This document shows positions 1-9,702 of a DNA stretch of 43,608 bases, one piece after another. The first letter of the stretch is position 1. Each line of letters opens with the position of its first letter. Under the pieces are notes generated by a model. It was not told the DNA's origin. It saw only the letters and a program-made list of their open reading frames with translations, and ran no database searches. Source of the DNA: Thermoplasmata archaeon (GTDB taxonomy: Archaea > Thermoplasmatota > Thermoplasmata > UBA10834); the NCBI GenBank assembly GCA_020696395.1, contig JAEHCN010000003.1:1-43608 (forward strand). Reading direction: 5' to 3'. The translations under genes were made by a program, and so were the position numbers.

Positions 1-2
1 CG

Positions 3-809
3 TTGGCCCAGGAACCGAAAGCTCTTCTGTTGGATGAGCCGACCGTCTACCTGGATATCAGCGGCCAGCTCGAGATAATGGATCTCGTGAAGAAGCTTAA
101 CAAGGAGCGGGCGCTGACGATTGTAGCGGTCCTCCACGACATCAATCTCGCAGCCAGATACTGCGACAGGATAGCGCTTCTCCACCAGGGGAGGTTGGAG
201 GCAATAGGCCCGCCGAGCGAAGTCTTGAATCCCGAGACGATACAGTCCGTGTACGGCGTCGATGTCGCTGTCAGGAGAGACCCATTCACACACGGCATAT
301 ACGTCATGCCCAAGTCGGTCGTCGCGCCCGCTCGGAAGAACGGGGCCCGTGTCCACGTTCTCTGTGGGGGCGGGTCAGGAGGACCGATACTAAGGCAGCT
401 TGTCGAGCACGGCTTCTCGTTGTCCTCCGGCGTTCTGAATGTCCTCGATTCGGACTACGAGTGTGCGGTAGACCTTCACATCCCTGTCGTCGCGGAGGTT
501 CCCTTCTCCCAGATTAGCGATGAGACAAATAGAGACAACCTGAGCAGAATCGACGACTCAAGGGCGGTCGTTGTGTCACGTTTTCCCGTCGGGCCTGGCA
601 ACTTCAAGAACCTAGAGGCCGCTAGATACGCGCTGGACACTGGCAAGAAGGTGTTCGTTATCTCGGGCCCCGGTTTGCCTTCCGTAGATTTCATAGGCGG
701 GCGAGCCGATGCCTACCTGCGAGAGATCATCAAAGCTGGCGCGGTGGAGGTGTTGTCGTTGGACGAACTCGCACGCCAGCTGGGAGCCGAGCTGGAGGCG
801 TTGAAGTGA
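3..809 (+). CDS. ABC transporter ATP-binding protein, iron-siderophore/cobalamin (FepC/BtuD-like) type with C-terminal extension; 5'-truncated by window edge
   Basis: Walker B LLLDEPT, D-loop LD, switch VLHDINLAARYCD; the frame is open to the window start. Confidence 0.85.
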   Translation: MAQEPKALLLDEPTVYLDISGQLEIMDLVKKLNKERALTIVAVLHDINLAARYCDRIALLHQGRLEAIGPPSEVLNPETIQSVYGVDVAVRRDPFTHGIYVMPKSVVAPARKNGARVHVLCGGGSGGPILRQLVEHGFSLSSGVLNVLDSDYECAVDLHIPVVAEVPFSQISDETNRDNLSRIDDSRAVVVSRFPVGPGNFKNLEAARYALDTGKKVFVISGPGLPSVDFIGGRADAYLREIIKAGAVEVLSLDELARQLGAELEALK

Positions 810-1603
810 GAACCGAGCCGTTGCGTGACCTCAGGAAGAATACCGAGCTCCTCATCCTTGCCAGGCTACTAGAGGATCCATCAGTTAAGATGCGAGACGT
901 GGCCGCCGATCTGGATATCACGGTCCAGGCAGTAAGCCAGTATCTATCCTCCATGCGCAAGGCAGGCCTCGTCAAGGAGCAGAGAGGTAAGCTCAAGCCC
1001 ACGAGGAGAGGCATGCAGAATCTTCAGGAGCATTTCGGCTCGCTCAAGACCGAGGTTGACGCAGTGCTCAGGAGGATCATGGTGGTGGACACGTGCGTTG
1101 CCATCGCCGGGAAGAGCATTCAGAAGGGGGATAGGCTCGGCCTCCTGATGGAGGACGGCATGCTAATGGCCTATCCGAGGGGGAAGTCGAGCTCAAAGGG
1201 TGTCGCTCAGGAAGCCGCATCCGTTGGCGATGATGTGCTGGTCGGCAAGCTCGAAGGGATAGTCGACATGAAGCTCGGTACACTTCTGATCGTGGAAGCC
1301 CCCTCCGAGCACGACGGCGGGTCCAAGAAGGCAGATATCGACAGAGCGAAGCAGCAGATCGACCGCCTCTCCCCTGGCCTGATAGTGGCCGGAGACCTCG
1401 TCGGTTCGGCGCTGTTGGCGAAGGCGACCCAGGAGTTCTTCACAATCCACGCCCCGGTGGAATCAGCGATGAGCGCTCTCACACGAGGGGTAGATGTGGT
1501 GTTCTGTGGCACCCGCGAATCCGTGGACGGCATCCTCCTAGCGGTATCCACACTGAGAAAGGAGACCGGGTACTCGATTCGCTCGACATCAATCAGGGCC
1601 TGA
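806..1603 (+). CDS. Winged-helix transcriptional regulator (archaeal COG1497-like)
   Basis: N-terminal HTH MRDVAADLDITVQAVSQYL followed by a wing; GTGA start/stop overlap with the upstream gene. Confidence 0.75.
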   Translation: MRTEPLRDLRKNTELLILARLLEDPSVKMRDVAADLDITVQAVSQYLSSMRKAGLVKEQRGKLKPTRRGMQNLQEHFGSLKTEVDAVLRRIMVVDTCVAIAGKSIQKGDRLGLLMEDGMLMAYPRGKSSSKGVAQEAASVGDDVLVGKLEGIVDMKLGTLLIVEAPSEHDGGSKKADIDRAKQQIDRLSPGLIVAGDLVGSALLAKATQEFFTIHAPVESAMSALTRGVDVVFCGTRESVDGILLAVSTLRKETGYSIRSTSIRA

Positions 1604-1674
1604 TCCCTGGATTCTCCTCCTCGCGATTACTCAATGATTTATAGTGCCACCCCCTTTGTGTCAGAGGTGAGTTC

Positions 1675-2241
1675 GTGGAAGTGGCGGAGGCTATCGATTA
1701 CAGGAGGGCGCTGAGGGCTCTCGACACCCGTGTGATAGAAGACAACAAGGTCAACGCGTTGGTCGAGGCTGCGAGGCTATCTGCCTCATGCTTCAATAAC
1801 CAACCATGGCGATTTGTGTTCTGCACGAGCCCGGAGAGTGTGAACGTGCTCCGCACGGCGCTGCCGAAGGGAAATGCGTGGGCCACTCGCGCCCCCATGA
1901 TAGTCGTCGTCTCTGCTGCGGAGAAGGACGACTGCCAGCTCGGCGAACGTCGGGACTACTTTTTGTTCGACTGTGGATTATCCGTGGGACAGATGCTCCT
2001 TCGGGCGACGGAACTGGGTTTCGTCGCACATCCGATAGCTGGGTACGACTCCGTGAAAGTGAGAGCCGCTCTCGGCATACCGGAAGAATATGTGGTGATT
2101 ACCCTGATCATCTGCGGATACCACGGTCAGGACGACTCGCTCCTTTCGGACAAACAGAAGGCGGTGGAGGCGGTTCGTCCGGAGAGAAAGCCGATACCTG
2201 ACAACATCTACAGGGATTCCTGGAACAGGCCTTTCGAGTGA
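1675..2241 (+). CDS. Nitroreductase family protein
   Basis: RRALR FMN-binding start, ASCFNNQPW motif, LRATELGF; SD GAGGTGA upstream. Confidence 0.9.
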   Translation: MEVAEAIDYRRALRALDTRVIEDNKVNALVEAARLSASCFNNQPWRFVFCTSPESVNVLRTALPKGNAWATRAPMIVVVSAAEKDDCQLGERRDYFLFDCGLSVGQMLLRATELGFVAHPIAGYDSVKVRAALGIPEEYVVITLIICGYHGQDDSLLSDKQKAVEAVRPERKPIPDNIYRDSWNRPFE

Positions 2242-2334
2242 ATGGCATACTCCTCGCCTGCTCCGGCGTGGCAATCATCGAGAAGACATATATCCCGCCT
2301 CTGACCATCAGGAGTTCGTCAGCGTGGGATCATC

Positions 2335-3270
2335 ATGATCAGGTGCTACGTCTCAGAGCATGGGGTGCTCAAGGAGGTCGACAAGACCCGCATGGGGGAC
2401 TCGGTCTGGATAGACCTTGTCGCTCCCGGTCCCGATGAGGCCGAAATGCTGAGCAGGGAGTTCGAGATCGATCTGCAGGACATCGCTGACTCACTAGATC
2501 CGAACGAGCGGCCAAGGGTGGAGATAGCCGAGGAATATGACTTCCTAATCCTGAGGAATCTGCTTACTGACAGCGCGAACGAAGATAGGATTGACACGAT
2601 CCCGATCGGGATAATCCTGACTTCTCAGCATGTCATCACGATAAGGATTGGAGCAACATTCGCAGGGAGCGAGGTCACTGCGGATTTGAAGCGTCGTCCC
2701 CCATTGGACACGAAAGAGGACGTATTCGTGGCCGTGGTCCGTCGGGTTATTCGTGACATGGAGCGCAAGATTCGGCCAGTCGAACGGAGGATAGCCCACA
2801 TACAGGGGACGATTCTCACCGCAAGGAGGCGCGACGTAGCCGAGGGCGCATTTGCCCTGAGCAACAGCCTCATTCTTCTGAACACCGCCCTCCTGTCCGA
2901 CTTGAACGCGATATCTATGTTGCCCAAGATTAGAAACCTTCAGATGATGAAGGAGAAGATGGACATCATGGAAGACATCGAGAACGATGTCGCACAGCTC
3001 TACGAAATGACGACGATATACCGTGAGATAATGTCGAACATCCTGAACGCCTACGAGTTCGCCGAGTCGAACCAGCTCTCGACAATTATGAAGACCCTGA
3101 CATCCATCAGCCTCATACTCATACTGCCGACGCTCCTCGCAAGCCTTTACGGAATGAATGTGGCTCTCCCGTTCGAGGGTGACCCATACGCGTTCTGGAT
3201 AGTCATAGGTCTCTCTGCGATCGCCGTCGCTGGTCTTTGGGTCGTTCTGAGACTCAAGCACATATTGTGA
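2335..3270 (+). CDS. corA: CorA-family Mg2+/Co2+ transporter
   Basis: WIDL near the N-terminus, ERPR motif, YGMNV signature between two C-terminal TM helices. Confidence 0.9.
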   Translation: MIRCYVSEHGVLKEVDKTRMGDSVWIDLVAPGPDEAEMLSREFEIDLQDIADSLDPNERPRVEIAEEYDFLILRNLLTDSANEDRIDTIPIGIILTSQHVITIRIGATFAGSEVTADLKRRPPLDTKEDVFVAVVRRVIRDMERKIRPVERRIAHIQGTILTARRRDVAEGAFALSNSLILLNTALLSDLNAISMLPKIRNLQMMKEKMDIMEDIENDVAQLYEMTTIYREIMSNILNAYEFAESNQLSTIMKTLTSISLILILPTLLASLYGMNVALPFEGDPYAFWIVIGLSAIAVAGLWVVLRLKHIL

Positions 3271-3438
3271 TATTGCCCCCGCCCGTCACGTCAGCAGGTA
3301 TCTGGATTCAAAGGGGACCTCGCGAAAGTTCTTGACGGACGTAAGACAGTCTCCCTCTTCAGGGAGCGTGCTAGCGACTGGGTTCTGGGTAGCAGTACTA
3401 ATTATAGGTCTCGACCTCCTATATGGGACCGTTCACTC

Positions 3439-3729
3439 ATGATATACGTGGTCGACATAGCGTTGGGCGCACTCCTGGGGGCATCTATCTTCCTCCTTAT
3501 CCTAGCAGTGGTTTCCCACAGACGCAGCGGTCTGCTACCGCTACTACTCGTCAGCATCGGCCTCGGGGTCCATGCGTCCTTCACACTCGTCGTCCTGGTC
3601 GTTGGGCATTTCACGGAGTCTCTGTCGAATGTCGACGGTTACCAACTACTAGCGTTGGATGCCGCTGTATTCGTGGTTGTCCTTCTGGTTGGTACTCTTG
3701 GAGGTAGAGCGGTTGCAGGATCCTCTTGA
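3439..3729 (+). CDS. Small three-TM membrane protein, apparently co-transcribed with the downstream regulator
   Basis: 96 aa with three hydrophobic segments; TATA-like TTATA about 35 nt upstream; overlaps the next gene. Confidence 0.7.
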   Translation: MIYVVDIALGALLGASIFLLILAVVSHRRSGLLPLLLVSIGLGVHASFTLVVLVVGHFTESLSNVDGYQLLALDAAVFVVVLLVGTLGGRAVAGSS

Positions 3730-4237
3730 CCTGGAGAACAGGAAGAGAATATTCGAGTGCGTCAGGCAAAGCCCTGGTCTTCACTTCCGGGAGATCCAGC
3801 GCCGGACGAGCCTCCCTATAGGCGTGCTCGAGTATCACCTCAATTATCTTGTTCTGAGGGGACTTCTCTCTCTCGAGAAGCAAGATAATTTCTCGAGATA
3901 CTATCCAGAGGGTCAGCTGAGCAGCGACAAGCAGCGGATTCTATCGGCGTTGAGACAGGAGATTCCGCGGGGGGTGATCCTCTACCTGCTTGGGAACCCT
4001 GGGGCTACGCATGGCGAAATCCTGTCCAACTTCACGGTCTCTGGGGGCACGCTGTCGTATCACTTGAAGAAGCTGACCAGCAAGGGAATCGTCAAGGTGG
4101 AGAAGAAGGGTAGGGAGTCTCGCTTGACCGTCATCGACCCTGACAAGGTCGCGGACCTTCTGATCGTCTACAGAAGGACTTTCTTCGATCGGTTGGTTGA
4201 CGAGTTCGTTGCCAGGTACGTAGAGGGTGGCAGGTAG
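3713..4237 (+). CDS. Double winged-helix transcriptional regulator (COG3398-like)
   Basis: Two HTH repeats (PGLHFREIQR..LEYHL and PGATHGEI..LSYHL); TTG start at 3713 chosen from SD GGAGGT. Confidence 0.8.
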   Translation: MQDPLDLENRKRIFECVRQSPGLHFREIQRRTSLPIGVLEYHLNYLVLRGLLSLEKQDNFSRYYPEGQLSSDKQRILSALRQEIPRGVILYLLGNPGATHGEILSNFTVSGGTLSYHLKKLTSKGIVKVEKKGRESRLTVIDPDKVADLLIVYRRTFFDRLVDEFVARYVEGGR

Positions 4238-4248
4238 ACAGCGCCGAA

Positions 4249-5481
4249 TCAGGTCCTCTTTCTGTAGTACCGGTTCTTCTCGAGGTTGACGATGTCTGTC
4301 GGGTCCTCGTCGCTCTTTCTGCGCGCGACCGCGTATGCTCCGACGGTACCGATTGCGACGACCCCTATGACCACGCCTATCACGACGGATTCGCCGGATG
4401 TTCCTACCGGGATGATGTCACCAGGAATCTCTGCCTGCCCTCCCCCGATTGGATAGAGCCCCAGACTGGGGTCGTGCATCACGCTCACGGTCGTATCGTT
4501 GTAAGGTGTGGACAAGTACACTCTTAGCGATTCGCCATCCGTCCTGTACAGAGTCGCGATATCAACAAGCTCGTCCTCGTCGCCGGTCCAGCCTATCTCC
4601 GCCTGGCTTGCCCATCCGAAGAAGCTCTCATCTTCGCCCTCCTCGACAAAGGTGAAGAGCTGCTTGAAGCCGTTGCGCGGAGTGAACTTGTGAACTATCT
4701 GGACGTTTCCATCAGTCTCGTTCTCGTAGGGGTCGCTCTCCGTCACAACATCGTCCTGGTATCCATGGAACGTGTACTGCTCCGGCATCGATGTCGGCGA
4801 GAAAGTGTAATCATCCATCATCATGAGGCCAATGTCGATCGCCAGGTCCTCGGCGTAGATCGCTTTGTTTATATCGATCGATATGTCGAACTTGAGTTCC
4901 GTGGACCCGTTCACGTCATAGTCTGGGGAATCCTGGACATCATTGTAGTGTGCCGAGTAGTTGTCGCTCGTCACGATGAAGCTCACCCTGGCCTGCGCCC
5001 AGTCCTCGATGATCTCTATCCCCGGCGTCCCTGAGTCCGCGGGTCGGTCATTCTCGAAAGATGCTATCCGCCTGTTCATGTTTAGAGACGCGGTCATGTC
5101 CATGGTGACAGTCTCTCCCATATCGGCGTCAGTCTCATGTGCGACGCCGGAGAAGGTCCAAGTCGCATGTTCAAAGGACGCGCGGTATGGGACATCTTCT
5201 ATCACGAGCATGCCATCTTCGGTGGCATTGTATCCAAAGACCGCTGACATCACCAAACCGTATCCCAGTGAATCCTCCTGGTCAGGGGGAATTATCATCG
5301 CGGCAGGGAAGATCTTCGATATGGCGATGTCCATGTCGCCAGTCTCTATTACCACGGCCTCCGCAGTTTCAGCATACGAAATAGTCTGGTCTTGAGCGGA
5401 GGCTCCACCAGGCGTAGCGATGAATCCTGCCAGAAACGACGTGCAAACCAGCAGGGCGAGCAGATTCCGTGCTTTTGGCAT
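4249..5481 (-). CDS. Secreted, C-terminally membrane-anchored acidic protein of unknown function
   Basis: Signal peptide ending ASA, Asp/Glu-rich body, C-terminal TM followed by RRK. Confidence 0.8.
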   Translation of the reverse strand: MPKARNLLALLVCTSFLAGFIATPGGASAQDQTISYAETAEAVVIETGDMDIAISKIFPAAMIIPPDQEDSLGYGLVMSAVFGYNATEDGMLVIEDVPYRASFEHATWTFSGVAHETDADMGETVTMDMTASLNMNRRIASFENDRPADSGTPGIEIIEDWAQARVSFIVTSDNYSAHYNDVQDSPDYDVNGSTELKFDISIDINKAIYAEDLAIDIGLMMMDDYTFSPTSMPEQYTFHGYQDDVVTESDPYENETDGNVQIVHKFTPRNGFKQLFTFVEEGEDESFFGWASQAEIGWTGDEDELVDIATLYRTDGESLRVYLSTPYNDTTVSVMHDPSLGLYPIGGGQAEIPGDIIPVGTSGESVVIGVVIGVVAIGTVGAYAVARRKSDEDPTDIVNLEKNRYYRKRT

Positions 5482-5505
5482 GCCTGGTACTCAATCACAC
5501 TTGTC

Positions 5506-5535
5506 TTTATTAAGCCATTTGGTACACACGTAGAA
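5506..5535 (-). promoter_or_regulatory. TATA box (TTAATAAA) with upstream TTCTAC-N4-GTACCA motif; probably a leaderless transcript
   Basis: Minus strand reads TTCTACGTGTGTACCAAATGGCTTAATAAA, 25 nt before the ATG at 5481. Confidence 0.6.
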
Positions 5536-5586
5536 CTGGAAGAGGTTGCTGCGACATGCTGTCCTACCGGGGCTTCCCGTACCGTC

Positions 5587-5608
5587 AGTATGCTCAAAGT
5601 ATGCTCAA
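5587..5608. repeat. Perfect 11-bp tandem direct repeat AGTATGCTCAA x2 in a divergent promoter region
   Basis: Read directly at 5587-5597 and 5598-5608. Confidence 0.8.
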
Positions 5609-5810
5609 TCCGAGCCAGATGGAAAGCGAAATCGTGTTCGAGGCCTAAGAATCTCCTCCCTCAAGCGAATGTCAAAGGTGGAACCGCAGCCCATGCATGG
5701 CTGGCCTGAACAATTGTCAGTAAAATGCTATATAACGCAGTTACGACATAGAACAAAAGGGCTGCCCTCTGGTAGCTTCAAAGCGAAAAGATAGGGGAGG
5801 CTTAGAGAAC

Positions 5811-6596
5811 ATGAGATACAAAAGAGCATGGGCTATGGTGACAGTCACGCTGCTGGGTCTTCTGCCAGGGGCGTTGATTGTCGGTGGAGCGGAGGAACCA
5901 TCCGTCCCGATTCCCGTCACGCCGGCGGACAGCGAAGGATACGCGGTCTTCTTCGCTGACAACATGGCATTTGCGCCGCAGTGGCGAACGGGGAACCAGG
6001 TGAGGATCGAAGCGATGGTTCTCAAGGCTGGGGACTTCAACGGAGATGGCGTGACTAACGCCTCTGACATCCCACTGGACGTCAGTCTCGGGCTGACGCA
6101 GGCTGAATTGACAGCCAACCCGGATCTCATTCTTGGGACGTACATGGTGTCAGTCCCTGAGATATGGGTGACTATGTCTGGGCCTGGCGGAACGTACGAG
6201 TTCTACTCGTACTTCGCCGATGGCACGGCCGATGACACGGACACGGTTGGCAGGGAGATAAACAAGGCAGGACACCTGATCTACGGGTTCCTGTGGGACA
6301 CCACTGGCGTCGACCCTGGAGTGTACAAGGTGTCCGTCTCGATACCCGCTGAGTACGATGTGGTCATGGCGATCGAGCACCTGACCCTAGAGGAGGAAGC
6401 CGAACCGATAGGGTTCATCGAAGTTCCCGCCGCTGGAGCGGAACCCGTGTCTGGCACCGGAGGAGTAGCCGACGCTACGAACGAGGCGTTCATCTACCTC
6501 GGGGCGATAGTTGAACGCGGCTCGGGCGGCGGCGGTGGCAACGGAAACGGCGGCGGCGGAAACGGCGGCGGCGGAAACGGCGGCGGAAGGAAGTAA
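5811..6596 (+). CDS. Secreted protein of unknown family (paralog 1) with dockerin-like Ca-binding loop and Gly/Asn-rich C-terminal tail
   Basis: Signal peptide; GDFNGDGVTNASDI loop; motifs shared with 10382-11341; TATATAA promoter and GGAGG SD. Confidence 0.85.
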   Translation: MRYKRAWAMVTVTLLGLLPGALIVGGAEEPSVPIPVTPADSEGYAVFFADNMAFAPQWRTGNQVRIEAMVLKAGDFNGDGVTNASDIPLDVSLGLTQAELTANPDLILGTYMVSVPEIWVTMSGPGGTYEFYSYFADGTADDTDTVGREINKAGHLIYGFLWDTTGVDPGVYKVSVSIPAEYDVVMAIEHLTLEEEAEPIGFIEVPAAGAEPVSGTGGVADATNEAFIYLGAIVERGSGGGGGNGNGGGGNGGGGNGGGRK

Positions 6597-7154
6597 GCGG
6601 AGTTGCCAGGCTGCCACGAAACCTCTTCAGCAAACCCTTTGACAGTTTTTCCCTCGCAATGATTAAGTGGAAAAACTAGAAGGGGTTTCTTGCCTGCGCC
6701 ACTCCGCATGAATCGCTATACTGGTCTACAGGCCGGATCTCATTCTTGGGACGTACATGGTGTCAGTCCCTGAGATCTGGGTGACTATGTCTGGGCCTGG
6801 CGGAACGTACGAGTTCTACTCGTACTTCGCCGATGGCACGGCCGATGACACGGACACGGTTGGCAGGGAGATAAACAAGGCAGGACACCTGATCTACGGG
6901 TTCCTGTGGGGCACCACTGGCGTCGACCCGGGAGTGTACAAGGTGTCCGTCTCGATACCCGCTGAGTACGATGTGGTCATGGCCGTCGAGAGCTTGACCG
7001 TCGAGGAGGATGCGGACCCTGCCGGGTTCGTCGAAGTGCTTGCTGCCGGATCAGAACCGGTATCCGGAACCGGCGGAGTGGTCGACACCACAAACGAGGC
7101 GTTCATCTACCTCGGGGCGATAGTTGAACGCGGTTCGGGCGGCGGCGGTGGCAA
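6120..7154 (+). repeat. Direct repeat of about 422 bp (6120-6541 and 6733-7154, offset 613 bp)
   Basis: Both copies start CCGGATCTCATTCTTGGGACGTACATGG and end GGCGGTGGCAA. Confidence 0.95.
6618..6689. terminator. Nested inverted repeats, probable terminator after paralog 1
   Basis: GAAACCTCTTC (6618-6628) pairs with GAAGGGGTTTC (6679-6689); AGTTTTTCC (6644-6652) pairs with GGAAAAACT (6669-6677). Confidence 0.55.
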
Positions 7155-7188
7155 TGGCGGCAACGGTAGCCACGGTGGGAAGAAGTAG
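6733..7188 (+). pseudogene. 5'-truncated copy (paralog 2) of the 5811-6596 gene; ORF 6757-7188 lacks the signal peptide and N-terminal ~100 aa
   Basis: Homology begins abruptly mid-gene at 6733; no obvious SD or TATA upstream; ends in a Gly-rich tail GGKK. Confidence 0.7.
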
Positions 7189-7358
7189 AGCATCATCCTG
7201 ACGGGGTCGCCACGTCCGGTATCGAAACAATATGAAAACCCCTTACCTTCTCTTTGTGCTCGTTCGGTTGCTCTAGAATCCAAGGATTGAATCAAAACAT
7301 TGGCATGCTCACGACCTCCTCCTGGAGCATCGGTGAGCATGCCGATTTGCGTTTGTCC

Positions 7359-8138
7359 TCAGGGGGCGAGGTCCGGAACGGTGTCTATCTCCCCTTCGAC
7401 CTCTGTCAATTGGTCGTCCCATGCGATCTCAGTCACAAGTTCGTCCTCAAGGTCAATGATAGAGTCCAGGTCCTCGAGATCGGCTATGTCTGCTTCTGTC
7501 CAAACCACGACCGATATCGCTATGGAGTCTCCGTCGTCGTATGCCGCGTCGTCTCCGGACAGCGTCGGAATCTTCACAGTTACGATGTACCCTTCCGAGA
7601 ATGCATAGTCATCCTCGGGGTCAATCGTGATAGAGATATCACCCTCGCTGGTCGATCTGGTCACCTTGGCCTCTGGCGTCAGTGTCATTACCTCGTCGAT
7701 TCCAGGGACTGTAGGCAATGTCAGCTGTCCGAGTGTCATGCCTTCCCAGTCGTCTCTGGCGTCGGAATCGACTATCTCCACATTCAGGACATACACGAAC
7801 TTAGCGTAGTGAAGCGGGCAATCTACCTCTGCGTACAGATGGTCACCCTTGACTTTGAGATTCATGGTCCTGTTTGCAAGCAAGTCGGTCCCTACTACTT
7901 CGCCTGTGACGTCGTCGATGACCGGCTCTTCCAGGTAGGCCTTCTCCGATTTGAAGATGACTTGCTCCGTTATCGGAGGTCCTGATTCCCCGGGCATTGC
8001 CACTGAATACAGCGCTGAAACGCTCAGCATCGCGCACACGGCTACGGCTCCAAGAAGAAGCCCTTTCTTCCTCGAAGGCCGGCTAGTCTCTTGGCCGGTG
8101 ACTCGCCCGGCCAACTCACTCTCGAACTCCCTTTCCAA
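7359..8138 (-). CDS. Membrane-anchored/secreted acidic protein of unknown function
   Basis: Basic stretch then TM (GLLLGAVAVCAMLSVSALYSVA), then an acidic beta-rich domain; TTG start at 8138 chosen from SD AGGTGA (ORF track starts at 8213). Confidence 0.75.
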   Translation of the reverse strand: MEREFESELAGRVTGQETSRPSRKKGLLLGAVAVCAMLSVSALYSVAMPGESGPPITEQVIFKSEKAYLEEPVIDDVTGEVVGTDLLANRTMNLKVKGDHLYAEVDCPLHYAKFVYVLNVEIVDSDARDDWEGMTLGQLTLPTVPGIDEVMTLTPEAKVTRSTSEGDISITIDPEDDYAFSEGYIVTVKIPTLSGDDAAYDDGDSIAISVVVWTEADIADLEDLDSIIDLEDELVTEIAWDDQLTEVEGEIDTVPDLAP

Positions 8139-8412
8139 CTTCTCACCTTCTTTCGTCGAGGCGTCGCCCAGAGGGACCGTTCGCCTCCCTGGGGCGCTTC
8201 GTGATGCCCGCAACTGCGCTGGCGGTCAGAAGGAGTCCGATCGAGCAGTCTCTTACCTCTGTCCGCCTCTCAACTTGCGTCGAAAGCCCACCCGGTTAAG
8301 GCATCTATACGCGTTGTGGTACAAATTTCAAAGAATGGGACGAAAATAAAACTGTTAACTGAATTGGTCAATGGTTCTTCCGAGGAATAAGTGAAACCCT
8401 CGATGCGACGCC

Positions 8413-9702
8413 TCATTTCTTCCTTCTTGCCAGGTCGTCCAAGGCCGAGAGGAGACTCAGCACCTCGGCCTTCGAGTTGTAATGTACAAATGTGGCGCGC
8501 AACATAGTCTTCTTCTTGTATATCGCCGGGACGCGCGAGTAGTAGTCCTCCGCGCCCACAGCCAGCCGGTACCTGTCCCAGAGCTTCTTGGAGAGCGCGC
8601 GATCCGGGTAACCGCGCAGGTTGAACGAGAACGTAGGGTCCCTTTCCCACTCCTTGCTAACGTTCGAAGGACCGTAGAGTCGCAATCCAGGGATGTCGTT
8701 CAGTCCGGGGGTCTTTCCCTTTCCGTGAAGCGCGATGTCCATGAGTTCCTTCTCGTACCTCTCGATCGTCTTGAAAGCCTGTATGAGCCTCGTCCTGCGC
8801 GCCTTACCCGGCTTCGGAGGGCGCTTGGTGGACGGTCTTCCGACCCAAGCGAGATAATCGATGGCTCCGGAGATCGCAGCGAACATTGCCTGGTCCCTCG
8901 TCCCCTGCTCCCACTTCTCCGGGCCGCGCTTGGGGGATGGCAAAACCTTGTATGGCGACAGCTTCCTGATGTGCTCCGGCTTCGCATACATGAAACTCCC
9001 ATGTCGCGAGAACAGCTTGTATCCAGAGAACACGAGGAAGTCGCATCCGATCCTTCTCACATCCACAAGCTCGTGAGGGACATGGTGTACGGCGTCAATG
9101 ATGAAATACGCTTTCGCGTCGCGGGCGATCTTGCCGATCTCCGCGAGATTCGTCCTCGTGCCAAGGACGTTCGAGGCAGCAGAGACGGTAACCACCTTCG
9201 TGTTCCTGTCTACAAGTTCCTGTACGGCGCCTGGGTCCAGCATCCCCGTGTCTTTGTCGAACTCGGCGAACCTGAGCTCCTTTATCTCCAGGTTCGAGCC
9301 AAGCTCGACCCAGGGGTTGATGTTCGTGTAGTGCTCGTATCCTGTGGTCACTACGTTCTCGCTACCTGTGAACTCTCTTCCGAAAGCGTAACTGAGGCCG
9401 AACAGAAGGCTGGTGGCCGACTCCCCAGATATGATCGTGCCGGCCCCCTCGGCGTTCAGAAGGTCTGCTACGGCCATCCTGCCTTCCCGTATGGTCTCCC
9501 CCGCTCCTTCCGACTCCGGGAACAGGTTGCCGACGTTGGCGCTCCAGTTGACTCTAGCATCGTACTCTCTGTCAGCAGCGCGCCTCGTCACCAGCGTGCC
9601 TGCCCCATTGTCCAGAAAAGCCCGTCTTCGCCCTGCAGGGTCTGCGCTCACTGCGGGGAACTGTCTGCGGATTCCTGCGAGAAACTTGGAGTCGATCCTC
9701 AT
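8413..9702 (-). CDS. PLP-dependent aminotransferase class V, cysteine-desulfurase-like (VC1184-type)
   Basis: FLDNGAG, AASNVLG, IIDAVH, FSGYK (PLP lysine), WEQGT; no SufS-type HHC motif. Confidence 0.85.
   Translation of the reverse strand: MRIDSKFLAGIRRQFPAVSADPAGRRRAFLDNGAGTLVTRRAADREYDARVNWSANVGNLFPESEGAGETIREGRMAVADLLNAEGAGTIISGESATSLLFGLSYAFGREFTGSENVVTTGYEHYTNINPWVELGSNLEIKELRFAEFDKDTGMLDPGAVQELVDRNTKVVTVSAASNVLGTRTNLAEIGKIARDAKAYFIIDAVHHVPHELVDVRRIGCDFLVFSGYKLFSRHGSFMYAKPEHIRKLSPYKVLPSPKRGPEKWEQGTRDQAMFAAISGAIDYLAWVGRPSTKRPPKPGKARRTRLIQAFKTIERYEKELMDIALHGKGKTPGLNDIPGLRLYGPSNVSKEWERDPTFSFNLRGYPDRALSKKLWDRYRLAVGAEDYYSRVPAIYKKKTMLRATFVHYNSKAEVLSLLSALDDLARRKK

Noticed and set aside
6520-6593. 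GGCGGCGGAAAC-type short repeats as a CRISPR or VNTR locus
   Set aside because: They are simply the codons of the Gly/Asn tail; there are no spacers or cas genes.
6120-7154. Diversity-generating retroelement TR/VR pair
   Set aside because: The mismatches are not adenine-specific (many C/G/T third-position changes) and there is no reverse transcriptase in the window.
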